Shown here: positions 41,420 to 54,044 of the stretch, piece by piece | Layout: each line of letters starts with the position of its first letter | Position numbering within the stretch: position 1 is the stretch's first letter | NCBI GenBank assembly: GCA_951406725.2 | Contig: OX597821.1 | Location: 69,316,001 to 69,380,000, forward strand | Length of the DNA stretch: 64,000 nt | Reading direction: 5' to 3' | DNA from: Octopus vulgaris | Taxonomy: Eukaryota | Made by a program: the position numbers and the translations under genes | The notes under the pieces: generated by a model | What the model was told of the DNA's origin: nothing | The model's database searches: none | The model's input: only the letters and a program-made list of their open reading frames with translations

Positions 41420-41790
41420 TAACAAGAGCAGTCAGAGAGTGCAAACCTCCACCAAGGCAACACCAACATCCTCTCAACAATTAGCCAGAGATGATTTTTA
41501 AAATGAGAAAATCCGAAATAAATTTGATTGCTCTCAGAAACAAGAATACTAAAAATGAACCCAACTGCTCTCAAAAATTATGTAAAAAAACCCAGAAAAA
41601 ATAATCCAGAATCCTTGTCCAGTACTGGATTGATCCCAAAATCTAATCAGTTTGTGCCAGTCGTGAGGCCAAACATTCCTGAAAATTTCATCTGAATCCA
41701 TCTAGTGATTGTTGATACATCTTGTCCACAGACAAACAAACAAGCACGACTGAAAACAATACCTCTGCCTTCACTAAGGCAGAGGTAATA
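41420..41790 (-). mobile_element. Helentron-associated non-autonomous element (HINE/DINE-like)
   Basis: Palindrome acctctgcctt-cact-aaggcagaggt at one end, subterminal cctccaccaagg plus short stem-loop at the other. Second copy 60432-60977. Confidence 0.65.
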
Positions 41791-41810
41791 ATAATAATAA
41801 TGATAATAAA

Positions 41811-42340
41811 TGCCCTGATGCAGTACCAGGAAGTGGTTCTCATGGCGTCTGATCTTAATTGATTGGAAGTGTTATAATGTACTTTGTTTTGTCTTGGTAT
41901 AAAAGATAGGCTACAGCAAATATTCTGCTCAATACCACAGATTTGCTTGTCAATTGTTTGACCATAACCAGTTGAGCATATCCTTAAGTGGCTGACGATA
42001 TGTGCATCTCTGATCACAAGCAGAGTTGTGGGGTAGCATCATAGCCATGTATTGAGAGGGATTCTTTGGGGTATTCCGTTCAACATCCTTAAACAACCCT
42101 TATTCGGGGACCTTTTGAGCGGGATGGGTTACTCAACCAGAAGAAAATTCTAACTGGGCCCCACCAGCAAGGTCATTTGCTGTTTATCTTGATATGAGAT
42201 CACCATGTCGTGCACTTATGGTTGTTATGCATGTGCCTAGTGTACCCTTATCAGATGGGTAGTCATGATGGGTATACTGGGCTTCGTATATTTTACCCCA
42301 GTGTCACTTTGATGGCATGCACTGCTCTCTCACTCAATAA
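41811..42340. repeat. Unclassified ~530-bp interspersed repeat flanked by (TAA)n
   Basis: Co-terminal second copy at 46328-46868. Confidence 0.8.
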
Positions 42341-43249
42341 TAAAAATAATAAATGCTTGCATGGTTCGGATGAAGTTTATTGAAGCAAATTTTCTATGGC
42401 TGGATGCCTTTCCCATCACCAACACCAACAAGCAAGGTAATATTTTTCCATGGCCAGGTATGTTTTGGCAGAATATTGGAAATGAATGACAATGCTTATA
42501 TGAAGGTGATACTCATTTACAACTGACACATGATGTCAAGAGAAGTGGATAGTGAGAGAGACACACACACACTCACTGGACTTATTTCAGTTTCTATCTT
42601 CCAGGTCTATTCATATGACTTTGGTCAACTTAGAGCTATTGTAGAAGACACAGTTAGACTGAACCCAAAGACATGTGGTTGGGAAGCAAACTTTCTAAAC
42701 TCTATAGCTGTACTTATGGCTATGCCTGAATAATACCAACAACAACAGTAATACCAATGATAATTCTTTCAAATTTTGGCACAAGGCAAGCAATTTTGAG
42801 GGAAGGGGGCAAGTCAATTACCCATCAACCTCAGTACTTAACTAGTTCTTATTTTATAGATCCCAACAACAAAAGGAAAAGTTGACCTCATTGTGATTTG
42901 ATCGCAGTGTAAAGAGCCAGAAGAAATGCTACTCAGCTTTTTGTCTGGTGTACTTAGGATTCTAACAGCTAGCAGTCCTAATAATAATAATGATAATGAT
43001 AATAGTTCTTTCTACAAAATGCACAAGGCCTGAATTTTGGTGAGAGGGGACTACTCGACCACAGTGTTCAACTGGTACTTAATTTATTGACCCTGAAAGG
43101 GTGAAAGGCGAAGTTGACTCAGCGGAATTTGAACTCAGAATGTGGTGGCAGACGAAATACTGCTAAGCATTTCGCCCAGCATGCTAATGATTCTGCCAGC
43201 TTGCCACCTTAATAATAATAATAATAATAATAATGGTGATGATGATGAT

Positions 43250-43690
43250 GATATAAGATGTGGGATTTTTAACATTCAGACTGACTAAGTGATAGAAGCT
43301 AGAAGGCCTGATTTAGTAGTAGTAGACAAAGAGAATAGAAAATGCCAGATAATTGACTTTACAGTGCCAAATGATGAGAAAGTCAATATGAGAGTTATAC
43401 AAAAAATAGCAAAGTACCTGGATCTAGCCGTTGAGTTACAAAGGCTATGAAAATTGCAGGTAGAATATATCCCTGTAGTTATAGGTGCATTAGGAACTAT
43501 CCCTAAAGTTTTGAACAGATGGATAGAGGAAATAGGTATAATACTTAGTTTAGTGCAGCTTCAAAAAAACAGTGTTATTAAGGAAAGCTAGGATACTTAG
43601 GAAGTTTTTTGGGTTCTAACATTACTTGTTGTAGCCTAATGTTAGGAATTTTTCTTTTACAACAGTTTAATCTGTTGTGCGTATATGAAA
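43250..43690 (+). mobile_element. R4/Dong-clade 3' fragment: restriction-like endonuclease domain
   Basis: Manual translation WDFNIQTD*VIEARRPDLVVVDKENRKCQIIDFTVP..KYLDLAVEL..IPVVIGALGTIP..ARILRK, with stops. (TAA)n on both sides. Confidence 0.85.
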
Positions 43691-44941
43691 TAATAATAAT
43701 AATGATAATAATAATAATGTGAGGTTTGTTATAGGTATAGTTTCTTATTTCATTCTTTCTTTGTAACTTCTGCCATCCTACTGTATTCTGTTTATGCCCA
43801 AGTTTCATTGCATCTTTAATAATCCTTGGTTATATCTGTATGCCAGAGAACTGCTAAACGGGGTTGGTTTTGCCTGTATACTCTCACCACTGTAGCTTGT
43901 GACAGCCCCCCAGTAATAACTGCTAAATATAGTCAGTTTAATATGTACTTTCTCACCACGGTACCTTTCTGCTACATCTTTAATAACCGTTGATAATAAC
44001 TCTACTGAATACAATGATTAACCGACATCTCATCGCTTGCTGTAGTATTTCTTTTTTTTTTTTTCTCATCAATGTGTTCAGTTCAATTTATTCAAATATG
44101 TGTAACATCAGTTTCCATGCTAACGGATGATTAAATGTTTTATTTCCTCTCTGATCTACTCTGTTTCACACACACACACATACACACACACACACACACA
44201 CACTCACGCATATGTGATTGCAGAGAATTGCATTTTTCAATGGAGCTATTGTAGAAAACCACTCATCTTGCAGGTAGCATAGCATTGTGTACCACACAAC
44301 TCAGACATGTCAAGTCAGTTAATTGTGCTAGACTATATAGACAGTTTCTTTCCAGTTCCCAGCATCTTTTAGAATCTATCTTTTGCTTCCAGGTCTCCTT
44401 GACATAATGTTGGAGATGAGGGTTGTCTGTTCTTTTTTTGTTTCTGTTTTGGATTAGTTTTTTTTGATTTTGCTTTTGTTACCATTTTCTAAATTCTGAT
44501 AAAATTGTACTGCATTTCTGTTTCTGATATCATCTCTCACTCTACTATTACTTTAATTAATTTTAATGATAGTAATTAAGTAATTAATAAGAGACGATGA
44601 TAACAATAATGGCAGTAATTAATAATTATAATGATGGTAATGATAATGATTTCTAGTAACTGCATAAAGCCATGAATATTGAGAGAAATATATATATTTG
44701 ATAATATCAGCCTCCACTTCTGTCCTCAGTATTTGACTGGTACTTATTCTATTAACTTGCAGAGGGATATAATCAATTTAGTTGTCTCTATACTTGTACT
44801 TATTTATTCATTCCGGGTGGATTAACTCTGGATGGATTAAAGGCAAAAGACTGGATGCGATGGGAACACATGTAAAGGGACATAACTAAATACTACAAAG
44901 CGTTTTGTTCAATTCTTTGCTGTGTCTGTCAATTCACAACC

Positions 44942-44979
<38 letters not shown>

Positions 44980-46327
44980 CTTTTCTACTCTAGGCAAAAT
45001 GCCCGAAATTTTTGGGGTGGGGGGGAGGGGGGCAGTCGATTAGATCGACCCCAGTACGCAACTAGTACTTAATTTATCAACCCTGAAAGGATGAAAGACC
45101 AAGTCGACCTCGGCAGAATTTGAACTCAGAATGTAAAGACAGACAAAATACCGCTAAGCATTTTGCCTGGCGTGCTAATGTTTCTGCCAGCTCACTTCCT
45201 TAACAACAGCAACAACAACCATAATAATTATAATGATGATGAACTTTCTTACATTAGTACTGTACTCAAATTTTTGAGGTCATAAATGTCCCAGTACAAT
45301 CCCTGGTACTTATTTCTTTTTTAAACTTACAGACAGCATTTGAACATAGGAGGATGCAATTACCATATCTACTGTATAATACCCACTTTTGTATTATATG
45401 CAGACTGAGTTACAGGTTATGCCTGGAGAAAATATCTCTTGTAATATGCCCTTAGTTTTCTTCAGTATGGAAATATAAAAGAAAAATTAGTTAGATTTAT
45501 TTTAATTGCTATATAAATACATTGGGAAAGTTCACATATCCTGAAAGTGACCTTTGAACTTCACCAATGTGTGTCCTGAATTGTGAAGTCAATATTGTGG
45601 AAATTGTACATAAGTGTTATTGATGTACATATTCAGTGTTGTTTACTGAAAATCATTTTATTTTCTGACTTTGGATCAAAGAAAAAACAACAATGAAATC
45701 AGTAAAAGGATTACATTTCAAATTATCAATAGGCATGGCTCTGTGGTAAGAAGCTTGTTTCTCAACCACCTGGTTCTGGGTTCAGTCCCATTATGTGGCA
45801 TGTTAAGCAGGTGTCTTCTACTGTAGCCCTGAGCAGTTCAAAGCCTTGCAAGCGGATTTGGTAGAGGGAAAGAATGATAATGATAATAATTGTTACAAAT
45901 TTTGGCATAAGGCCAGCAATTTTAGGGGTACAGTAAGTTGATTATATTGACCCCAGTGCTCAACTGGGGTTAATATTGTACTGAATATTTTATTGACCCT
46001 GTAAGGATGAAAAATGAAGTTGATCTCAGAAGTATTTGAACTCAGAATGTAAAGAGAGACAAAATACCACCAAGACTGGTGAAATTACAACTAAGCATTT
46101 CGCTGGGTGTGCTAACGATTCTGCCAACTTGCTGCCTTAGTAATAATGATAATTATAATAATCCTTTCTGCTAAAGGCACAAGGCCTGAAATTTTGGGGG
46201 AGAGGTCTAGTCAATTACAGCAATGCCAGTGTTTCATTGGTACTTAATTTATTGACCTCAAAAGGATTGAAGACAAAGTTGACATTGGCGGCATTTCATA
46301 TAATAATTATAATATAATAACTATATA

Positions 46328-46868
46328 CCCTGATGCAGTACTAGGCAGTGGTTCTCATGGCTTCTGATTTTAAATGATAGGAAGTGTTAACATGTACATA
46401 TTTCATCTTGGTATAAAAATTGGGTTACAGCAAATATTCTGCTCAATACCACAGATTTGCTTGTCTGTTGCTTGACCTTAATCAGTTAAGCATATCTGTA
46501 AGTGACTGACTAAATGTGCATCTCTGATCACAAGCAGAAGTCGTAGAGGAGTATCATGTGTTGAGTGGAATTCTTTGGGATTTGAATAATTCACATCAGT
46601 GTTTCATTCAACATCCTTAAACCACTCTTAGTCAGGGACCTTCTAAATAGTTTGGGCTACTCGACATGAAGAAAATTCTAACCAGGCTACATCTGCAAGG
46701 TCATGTGCTGTTTATCTTGATATGAGATCGCTATGCCATGCACATATGGTTGTGATGCATGTGCCTGGTGTACCCTTATCAGACGGGTAGTTATGATAGA
46801 TATATTGAGCTTCATATATTTGTACACCTATGTCACTTTGATGGCATGTGCTGCTCTCTCACTCAATA
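46328..46868. repeat. Second copy of the ~530-bp repeat
   Basis: ccctgatgcagtac...ctctctcactcaataat, same orientation as 41811-42340. Confidence 0.8.
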
Positions 46869-46959
46869 ATGATAATAATACTACTACTACTACTAATAAT
46901 ATTATTATTATTATACTATTATTATTATTATTGCAACAGCAACAACTATTACATGCTAT

Positions 46960-47145
46960 CACTATTTAGCAGGGATGTTGTCTTGAGTCTTGGTGATGAC
47001 ATGTCTCCTCAAATCTCAAGAATCTTTCTTAGGATTCTTGCAGGATACATGATTGCTTGTTTCTGTGAGTTGACAATGCAAGTCTCAATTCCAATACCTT
47101 TCAGTCTCTTAGGTAGCAGTATCAACATTGTGCCAAATGCATCAT
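46960..47145 (-). mobile_element. R4/Dong-like extreme 3' fragment
   Basis: Reverse translation AFGT..LPKRLKGIGIE..QKQAIMYPARILRKILEI*, near (TTA)n. Confidence 0.55.
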
Positions 47146-48196
47146 TACCACAGGACTAGTACTTCTACTACTATGGACCGACCCATGCTAGCATGGAAAA
47201 CGGATGTTAAATGATGATGATGATGATGATTTCTTTGTAGTACTAGTTGTATATTGTTCTGTCATTGCATAAGGGATTATTCAAGTGGATCTCATCTCTT
47301 TGTGCTATTAAGTTTTTGTTTTTCCTTCAATATCTCTATTTCTGTCTTGTCTTTTAAAACCATATGCAGGAAGTTAGCATCTGTAATATGTTCCTCCTAG
47401 ATTAATTTCATTGGAACCTTAAGGAGTGATATAATGATGGGTGATGGTGGTGGTGGTGATGTCGACACTGGCTATGTTTGTATAGAAAGTGAGGGGTGCT
47501 GTTCTCCTACTGCCCTTCCCTTTCGTCTCTTTTCATCTCTCCCATCTCCACAGCTGTTTTTCTTGACAAGTAGTTTGTTCTTACTTAGAAATCTTTTCCA
47601 GCGAGTTTTTATTATTATTATTATTTTTGTTCTTTGATTGCTAATCTCACAGCTTTGTGTCATCTTTGTCTGCAGTGCTATCATAGTTATTCACCTGCAT
47701 GTTGCGATGGAAGTGGGCTGCCTTGTTGATGGGCTGCGTTGTTAATTAATAGGTACCAAACTAATGAGAGAGTCTCTATGCAGTTGCTGAACTTGCTAGA
47801 AATAGCAATCTTGAAACCCTTCAGATCTCACCCTAACTAACATCTTAAATAAAGAAGGATACGATGTGTGCAATGTAATCCCTAATAGACAGAAGGATGG
47901 TAGGTCTGTTTGGTTAGAGTAGGCCTGGTGTTAAATAACAACAAGTACCATCTTACTGCAAATATGGCAAAACCCGCATATCGGCAGACCTTACTAAGAT
48001 ATTCTTGTCTAACACATGGATTTCTATGTTCTGTGTGTGTATACTAGGCTCAATGGTATCAACTGGCCTCCTTCCCCCAAAATTGTTGCAACTTGTGCCT
48101 AAATTAGGGACCATTATTATCATTATGCTATGTTTTGGTTTTGCTTTATTTGTGTTGCATCCAAGACTCAATTATTATTATTATTATCATTATTAA

Positions 48197-48400
48197 GGCG
48201 GCGATCTGGCAGAATTGTTAGCACACCAGGTGAAGTGCTTAGCAGTATTTCATCCATTGCTACCTTCTGAGTTCAACTTTGCCTCTCATCCTTTCGGGGT
48301 TGATAAATTAAGCACAAGTGAAAAACTGGGATTGATGTAATCAACTCATTCCTGCCCCCAAAATTGCTGCCCTTTGGAAAAATTTGAAACCATTATTGTT
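48197..48400 (+). mobile_element. SINE family M, sense orientation
   Basis: ggcggcgatctggcagaa head, catcctttcggggttgataaa core. Antisense copies at ~43010-43210, 44980-45200, 45890-46140. Confidence 0.75.
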
Positions 48401-48965
48401 ATTGTAGTTGAGAGCTCCCTTCCCACAAAATTTCAGACCTCGGTAGACTGGATTGTTGCTGTTGTTGTTATGCATGTGTGTCTTGAAGACAGACGCGCTT
48501 ACTAGATGTGGTTTTTCAGCTTCTGTCTTTTTAGATGCTGTCTGCTAGAAATAACAGCCAAATCTCCCTTGAATTAGACCCTTTTATCTTAAAAACAAAA
48601 GGCTATATTAGGTAAAATGTATCCTAGATACAACATGTTTAAAAAAAAACAAAAAAAGTCCTAACAGCTTGTCTTTCTTTCATCATAGCCCTGCTCAACT
48701 AGACACCTATTCTGTTCCCATGGTTACTTCCCTTTTCCCTGTGGTACCTTCAAGCCACAAGAGTGAATCTATGACCTGTTTTCGTAACCCATTAATATAA
48801 GATCTTTTATCTTTTACATTTGTTATGACAAACAATTGTTTAAGGAAATCTTTGTTCTCTTCTCTTTAATGCCTTTGTTTTTGATATTGTTAATGTCTAC
48901 ACCTTCAAATTGTTTCTGTATTACTAATGGCTCCCAATTATTTGTGATATCTTTTTTAACAACAG

Positions 48966-49143
48966 GTGTGTGTACGAGGGAACCACCGTTTTATATCATT
49001 ACTGAATTTATGACCCATGGCAACTTACTAGACTATCTACGAGGTAGTAACAGGGAAGATATTGGACCAACAGTTCTTATGTATATGGCGACACAAATTT
49101 CGTCAGGAATGGCATATCTAGAAGCCAAAAACTATATCCATCG
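48966..49143 (+). CDS. Abl: Abl kinase exon: gatekeeper/hinge to HRD ([26 protein letters not shown]...[12 protein letters not shown])
   Basis: aacag acceptor, cg|gtaagt donor, 178 nt, in frame. Confidence 0.98.
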
Positions 49144-49430
49144 GTAAGTTAAGATACAGAGAATTCTTACATATTGTAGTGTCTCTAATCAACCAGCCTC
49201 TTGCAGACAGGAAGCGGTACAGACTGCATTGAAACATAGTATGTGAGCAGTGTGACGTTTCACTCTGTACAGCACTGTGTTTTCAAATATACCACAATGA
49301 GAAGAATTTGTAAATACACTGTAAAATTACTTGTATGAAAAAAAAGTATGTACTTACTGAATAGCCTAATACCAGTACACAGCACACACTGTCAGTACTA
49401 AATCTGTCTGCAAGGGGTTAAGCAAATAGC

Positions 49431-49631
49431 TACTGTATTTGATGGCAATATAAGATGCACAAACATGTTATCATTTTCAGCACTGCATACTCAGAAGGAA
49501 GTGGTTTTAGTATATATTAAAGCATGTAATATAGGCCCATCCTTGTATATCAGACCCAGGGTGATTTGGTGGGGAAGGAGAATTTTTTTTTTTTTTGAAA
49601 AAGTGCATCTAATTTGCTATCAAATATGGTA
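49431..49631. mobile_element. pogo/Tigger-like MITE
   Basis: tactgtatttgatggcaatataagatgcac / gtgcatctaatttgctatcaaatatggta. Confidence 0.6.
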
Positions 49632-49676
49632 ACTTACTGATCAACCCTTCAGCATTCACATTACTCTTCCAAATGT

Positions 49677-50076
49677 TGTTGTTGGCATCCTTTTGTCTCG
49701 GGAGAAAATGGGGTTGCGCATAAACTAATCCAGTCTGGTTTTTACAATTCATGTCCTCTCCAGTTTTGCGCAGGCCTGGGCTAGATGTAAGAAAATCCTG
49801 GGTAGCCCAATCGTCAGGATTCCTCTCTCGACCTTTCTGATGTAGTCCAAAAGAGTGCAGAGCATTATGTTTGGCACCAGCTTGGTTACAGGAGCTGCTG
49901 GAAGAGTGTTGAGTCGAACACTAAACCACCTACGGGGCTCCACTCCAGATTTCTTTGAAGGTTGTCTCCTTTCCGTAACCCTGGATAGGGGCCCATAATG
50001 GGTACTGTCAGCCAGAGCCAGCTGGGCCCGGGAATTGTGTCAGGAGGGTCGTGAAGAAAGTCCCTGCCCACTACCT
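49677..50076 (-). mobile_element. GC-rich RTE-like non-autonomous element nested in a TTAA MITE (49642-50295)
   Basis: (TGT)n-ggcatcc end. tccaaatgt occurs on both sides and the host MITE resumes afterwards. Confidence 0.55.
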
Positions 50077-51009
50077 AATGTAAAGCTTATTTCTCCAAAT
50101 GTAATGCTTATTTATTCACATTGATTTGAATGACTCATGCATTATTTTGTAGCTTTAACATTTCGATGATGTGATTGGTTAGTTTTAGAATGACATAGTC
50201 GGGTAGGTATGAGAGGCCTGATCTAACCAGTTTGGACATAAAATGGGTAGAACATTTGGGCCAGATATGGCCAGATTAAATACTAAAGTGTTGAGTACAC
50301 AAAGTGGAATGAGTTAGTTTACCATACAGAAAAGGAGAGCTCTACTGTTTTGGTCTGTGCTCTTCATTGAAGGAAGAAGAAATTACGAACTATCTATTTG
50401 TCCTGTCATATCTCGGCACAAATAGATTCAGTAAAGTTTGCAATGTTGAAGATTTCAAATACTAAAAGAATAATAATGACCTTTAATTCTTTTCTATGTT
50501 ATGAATTTGGATCCTGCTGCTGTACTGCCATCACTACCAAACTAACTACTCTGACCTTTACACATCAGTAATTCTCTTCTGTAGACCATCTAGGTCATTT
50601 GAAGTGTTTCCAGACTATTTCTTGAAATGCTGACTTACAAAATGGAGATAACTGTTCACCATATTGTAAAATTTATGCTTGCAGAAAAGAAAAGGAAAAA
50701 GAAAGAAAAATTTTTTTTTTTAAAGTGGTGGGGGATGTCTGGTTTCTGTAGAAATTACCCTACAGTCATTAGAATATTCCATTGAATTGCTGAATGAAGT
50801 CTTAATACACTGGTAAATGGTGGTAATTATTCATATTGACTAAACAACTACATAATACTGATAAAACGGTATGACATGGAATAATAGAAGGTTCTAGACT
50901 AAGTTGCAGACTTGACATTGGGGCCAATATTATTAACTAAAACACTTGGTGATGGTGTCACAGCGTAGCTTCTCTCCACTGACTGAAACTAGTAAAAGAA
51001 TACATATTA

Positions 51010-51410
51010 CAGGTGTGGCTGTGTGGTAAGAAGCTTGCTTCCCAACCACATGGTTTTGAGTTCAGTCCCACTGCATGAAATCTTGGGCAAGTGTCTGCTA
51101 TTACCGCAGGTCAACCAAAGCCTTGTGAGTAAATTTGGTTGGTGGAAACTGAAAGAATCCTGTTACATGTGTGTGTATTACACAGTCTCCTTGCCTTGAC
51201 AGCGTCTGATAGTCGTAAATGAGTGTCAATATTACGTATGTGGTGTACTTTGTTCCTAAGCTTCCGTAAAACATGTCTGGCCATGGGGGAAAATATTACC
51301 TTACTTGGAAAAAGGTTAGAGTTAGCAACAGGAAGTGCATCTAGCCATAGAAAATCTACCTCAACAAATTTCATCTGACCTAAGAAGAAGATGATGATGA
51401 TGATGATGAT
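51010..51410 (+). mobile_element. SINE family C with RTE-type tail
   Basis: tggctgtgtggtaag head, ggaagtgcatctagcc tail, ends in (GAT)n. Confidence 0.75.
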
Positions 51411-51549
51411 AGTACTATATACTCTGTGTGAGCAGTATTCTTAATGACATACATACACCTATAACATATACACATTTATGAACACTAATTAGGCTGGCTA
51501 ATTCTGTCACTAAAATTAGAACTATAATTAAATTTGAAATCATTCTGTT

Positions 51550-53175
51550 TGTTCGTTTATTGCAGACGATGTCACCATTGTGGTGTCGGACACTTCTGAA
51601 GTGGAGACAGTCAGCACCATCCTAATGGAATATGAGTCGGTTGCAGGGGCTAAAATCAACGCCAACAAATTGGCGGGGTTGCGATTGGTCTCCTGGAGAG
51701 GCAGGATGATGCCATCAGATGGCATCATCGGATGCTGGATTGACAGACCAGTTAAACTGCTTGGGGTCTAGTTTGGTCCCGACATCCAGGTTGATAAGAA
51801 CTGGGATGAGGTGGTGAACAGGGTGGCCAGTCTGAAAGGAAGCTGTCTCTGAAAGGTCAGGCAAAGGTGGCGAATGCTTATGTCGCCTCTGTTATCATTT
51901 ATTGCCTTACCATTCTGCCTTATCCTAGTTACTGCTTAACCAGGTTGGAGCATCTCTCATTTAAATTCTTATGGAAGGGATGCATTCCAATGGTCAGGCA
52001 GTCAGTCTGTTGTCAGCATCCTCTGAGTGTTGGATTAGGTATGACATGGCTCCTAATGCGCAGACTTGATCTTAAGTTATGCCACCTGAAACAATTTCTG
52101 GGTGGTGAATGTGTGTGGGCTCCATTTGTGAGGCTTGCCTTTCTGCAGCTCGTCTCCTTGACAGAACTGCAGTCCTGGGTGAAGAGATGACTGAGACTGG
52201 CTATCTGGCACCTAGAATGTCATCAGGATATCACAGCTCTCGACAAGTCAGGCAATGGGATCGGTGGATGTTCTGCTTTAGAAGTTTATAGAGGATTAAT
52301 GGCAGGGAGGTGTGACAACAATCTCGGGGAGACTCTGGGTGCTGATGAGAACAAACTGGCTAGTCTGTTCTAGAGGACTTTCTGGTTGGGAACTATCATG
52401 GATAATTTCCAGAGGTCCTTGGCCTGGCAGCGCTACCGGTTCGAGTTAAATTCTACAGACACGGATGTATTGTCAGATGGGCTTGTCCAAGTTGCACCCA
52501 GAGTGACAAAACTGTTCTGCATGCCCTCGTTCAGTGTCTGGGCATTGCTGACTTTTCAGATTATGTCAAACAGCTGATGTCACGCGTGGGACTGATCTGT
52601 CTGTTGGCTGGGTCTGTAGTGATGATCGCACTGCCACCCTCCTTCAATCGGGCAGGCAAGGCAGTTTTCCTTTGCTTGGTGGCTATGGTGAAAGAGGTTG
52701 TTTGGTGGATGAAGCTGAAATGCATGAGGACAGATTCATTCCTCTTTGGTAGAGCTCTCATTGACATCTTCAAGTTTCACTTGAAGAGGAAATCGAGAGT
52801 GGAGAGTGAAGTGCTGTTCTCGAGTGAGTTTACAGAAATGTAGGTGAAAGTTGTAAAAATGGCTAGAGTAGCCCTATGAGTTGGAGAGGGCTCTTGAGGT
52901 TTCTGGGAAATTTCGGACAATAGGGTTCTTCAATTATCCCTAGAGGCCTTCCTGTATCAGGAGGGCCACATCTCTATCATCCTCCCTGTCACTTTTTCTT
53001 TTTGTGTGCTATGCATATATCCCTTCTTTTTCTGAATATACCATGTATACTTAATTTCTTTCTTTCTTTCTTTCCCTTTTCTTTACCATTTCATTATATG
53101 TAAACCCCCACACTTTATGTCTGTCTTTTTATTGTCCATCTCACCCTTCGCCCTTGTGGAAAATAAATGAAATTA
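51550..53175 (+). mobile_element. Tx1/L1-clade LINE, 5'-truncated and decayed, with 3' UTR
   Basis: ADDVTI, YESVAGAKIN, VKLLGV, LSLKGQAKVANAYVASVIIY, zinc finger CPSC..KTVLHALVQC. T-rich UTR, aataaa, then (TAT)n. Confidence 0.8.
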
Positions 53176-53178
53176 TCA

Positions 53179-53212
<34 letters not shown>

Positions 53213-53784
53213 CATTATTATTATTATTATTATTTAATAAAACTTGAAATAAGTGACTAGATCTGCACTTACCCCTTTGTGTTATCAAACATTCTATCTA
53301 TGAGGTCGAATTACTTCTAGTGATTCAACTAGGATTGCTATAAGAATCGGTTTGATTTGATTGAAATTAAATGCAATATGATGGCTTATATTATGCTGTG
53401 GCAATGTCTCAGATTAGTCATCAACCAGAATGTAATAAATTTTATTTAGAAACCATACGATAAAATTGCCTACCAAAATAGTTTGTAATTATGATATATA
53501 GCCATACATGGCTTTACACTAAATATGATTTCACCACCACAACTACAATGATGACGACGACGACGACCACCACCACCATCTTTCCATCTCTGTCATCACC
53601 ACCACCGTTAAGGTTGTGTTTTCAGCATAATCTTCTCATCACCACTGTCATTGTCATCACCACTACCATCATTATCATTTTTTTTTGTCCACTTTCTCCA
53701 TGTGGGACACACACTCACACACTAATAACAGCAACAACTGCAATGATAATAACAACAACAACAGCAATAATAGCAATAATAGTA

Positions 53785-54013
53785 ATGGTTCCAAATTTTG
53801 CCACAGGGGAAGGAGATGAGTCCATTACATGGACCCTAGTTTTCAGCTGATACTTATTTTTACCAACTCCAAAAGGATGAAAGGCAAAGTTAGCCTTGGT
53901 GGAATTTGAAGTCAGAACATAGCAATGGGCGAAATGCTGCTAAGCAATTCACCCAGTGTGCTTAATGATTCTGCCAGTTCGCCACCTTAATAATGATAAT
54001 GACAATAATAATA

Positions 54014-54044
<31 letters not shown>

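Noticed and set aside
48836-48965. Hydrophobic N-terminus of ORF 48836 (also 29700-29747) as a signal peptide
   Set aside because: Intronic pyrimidine-rich sequence upstream of clear splice acceptors.
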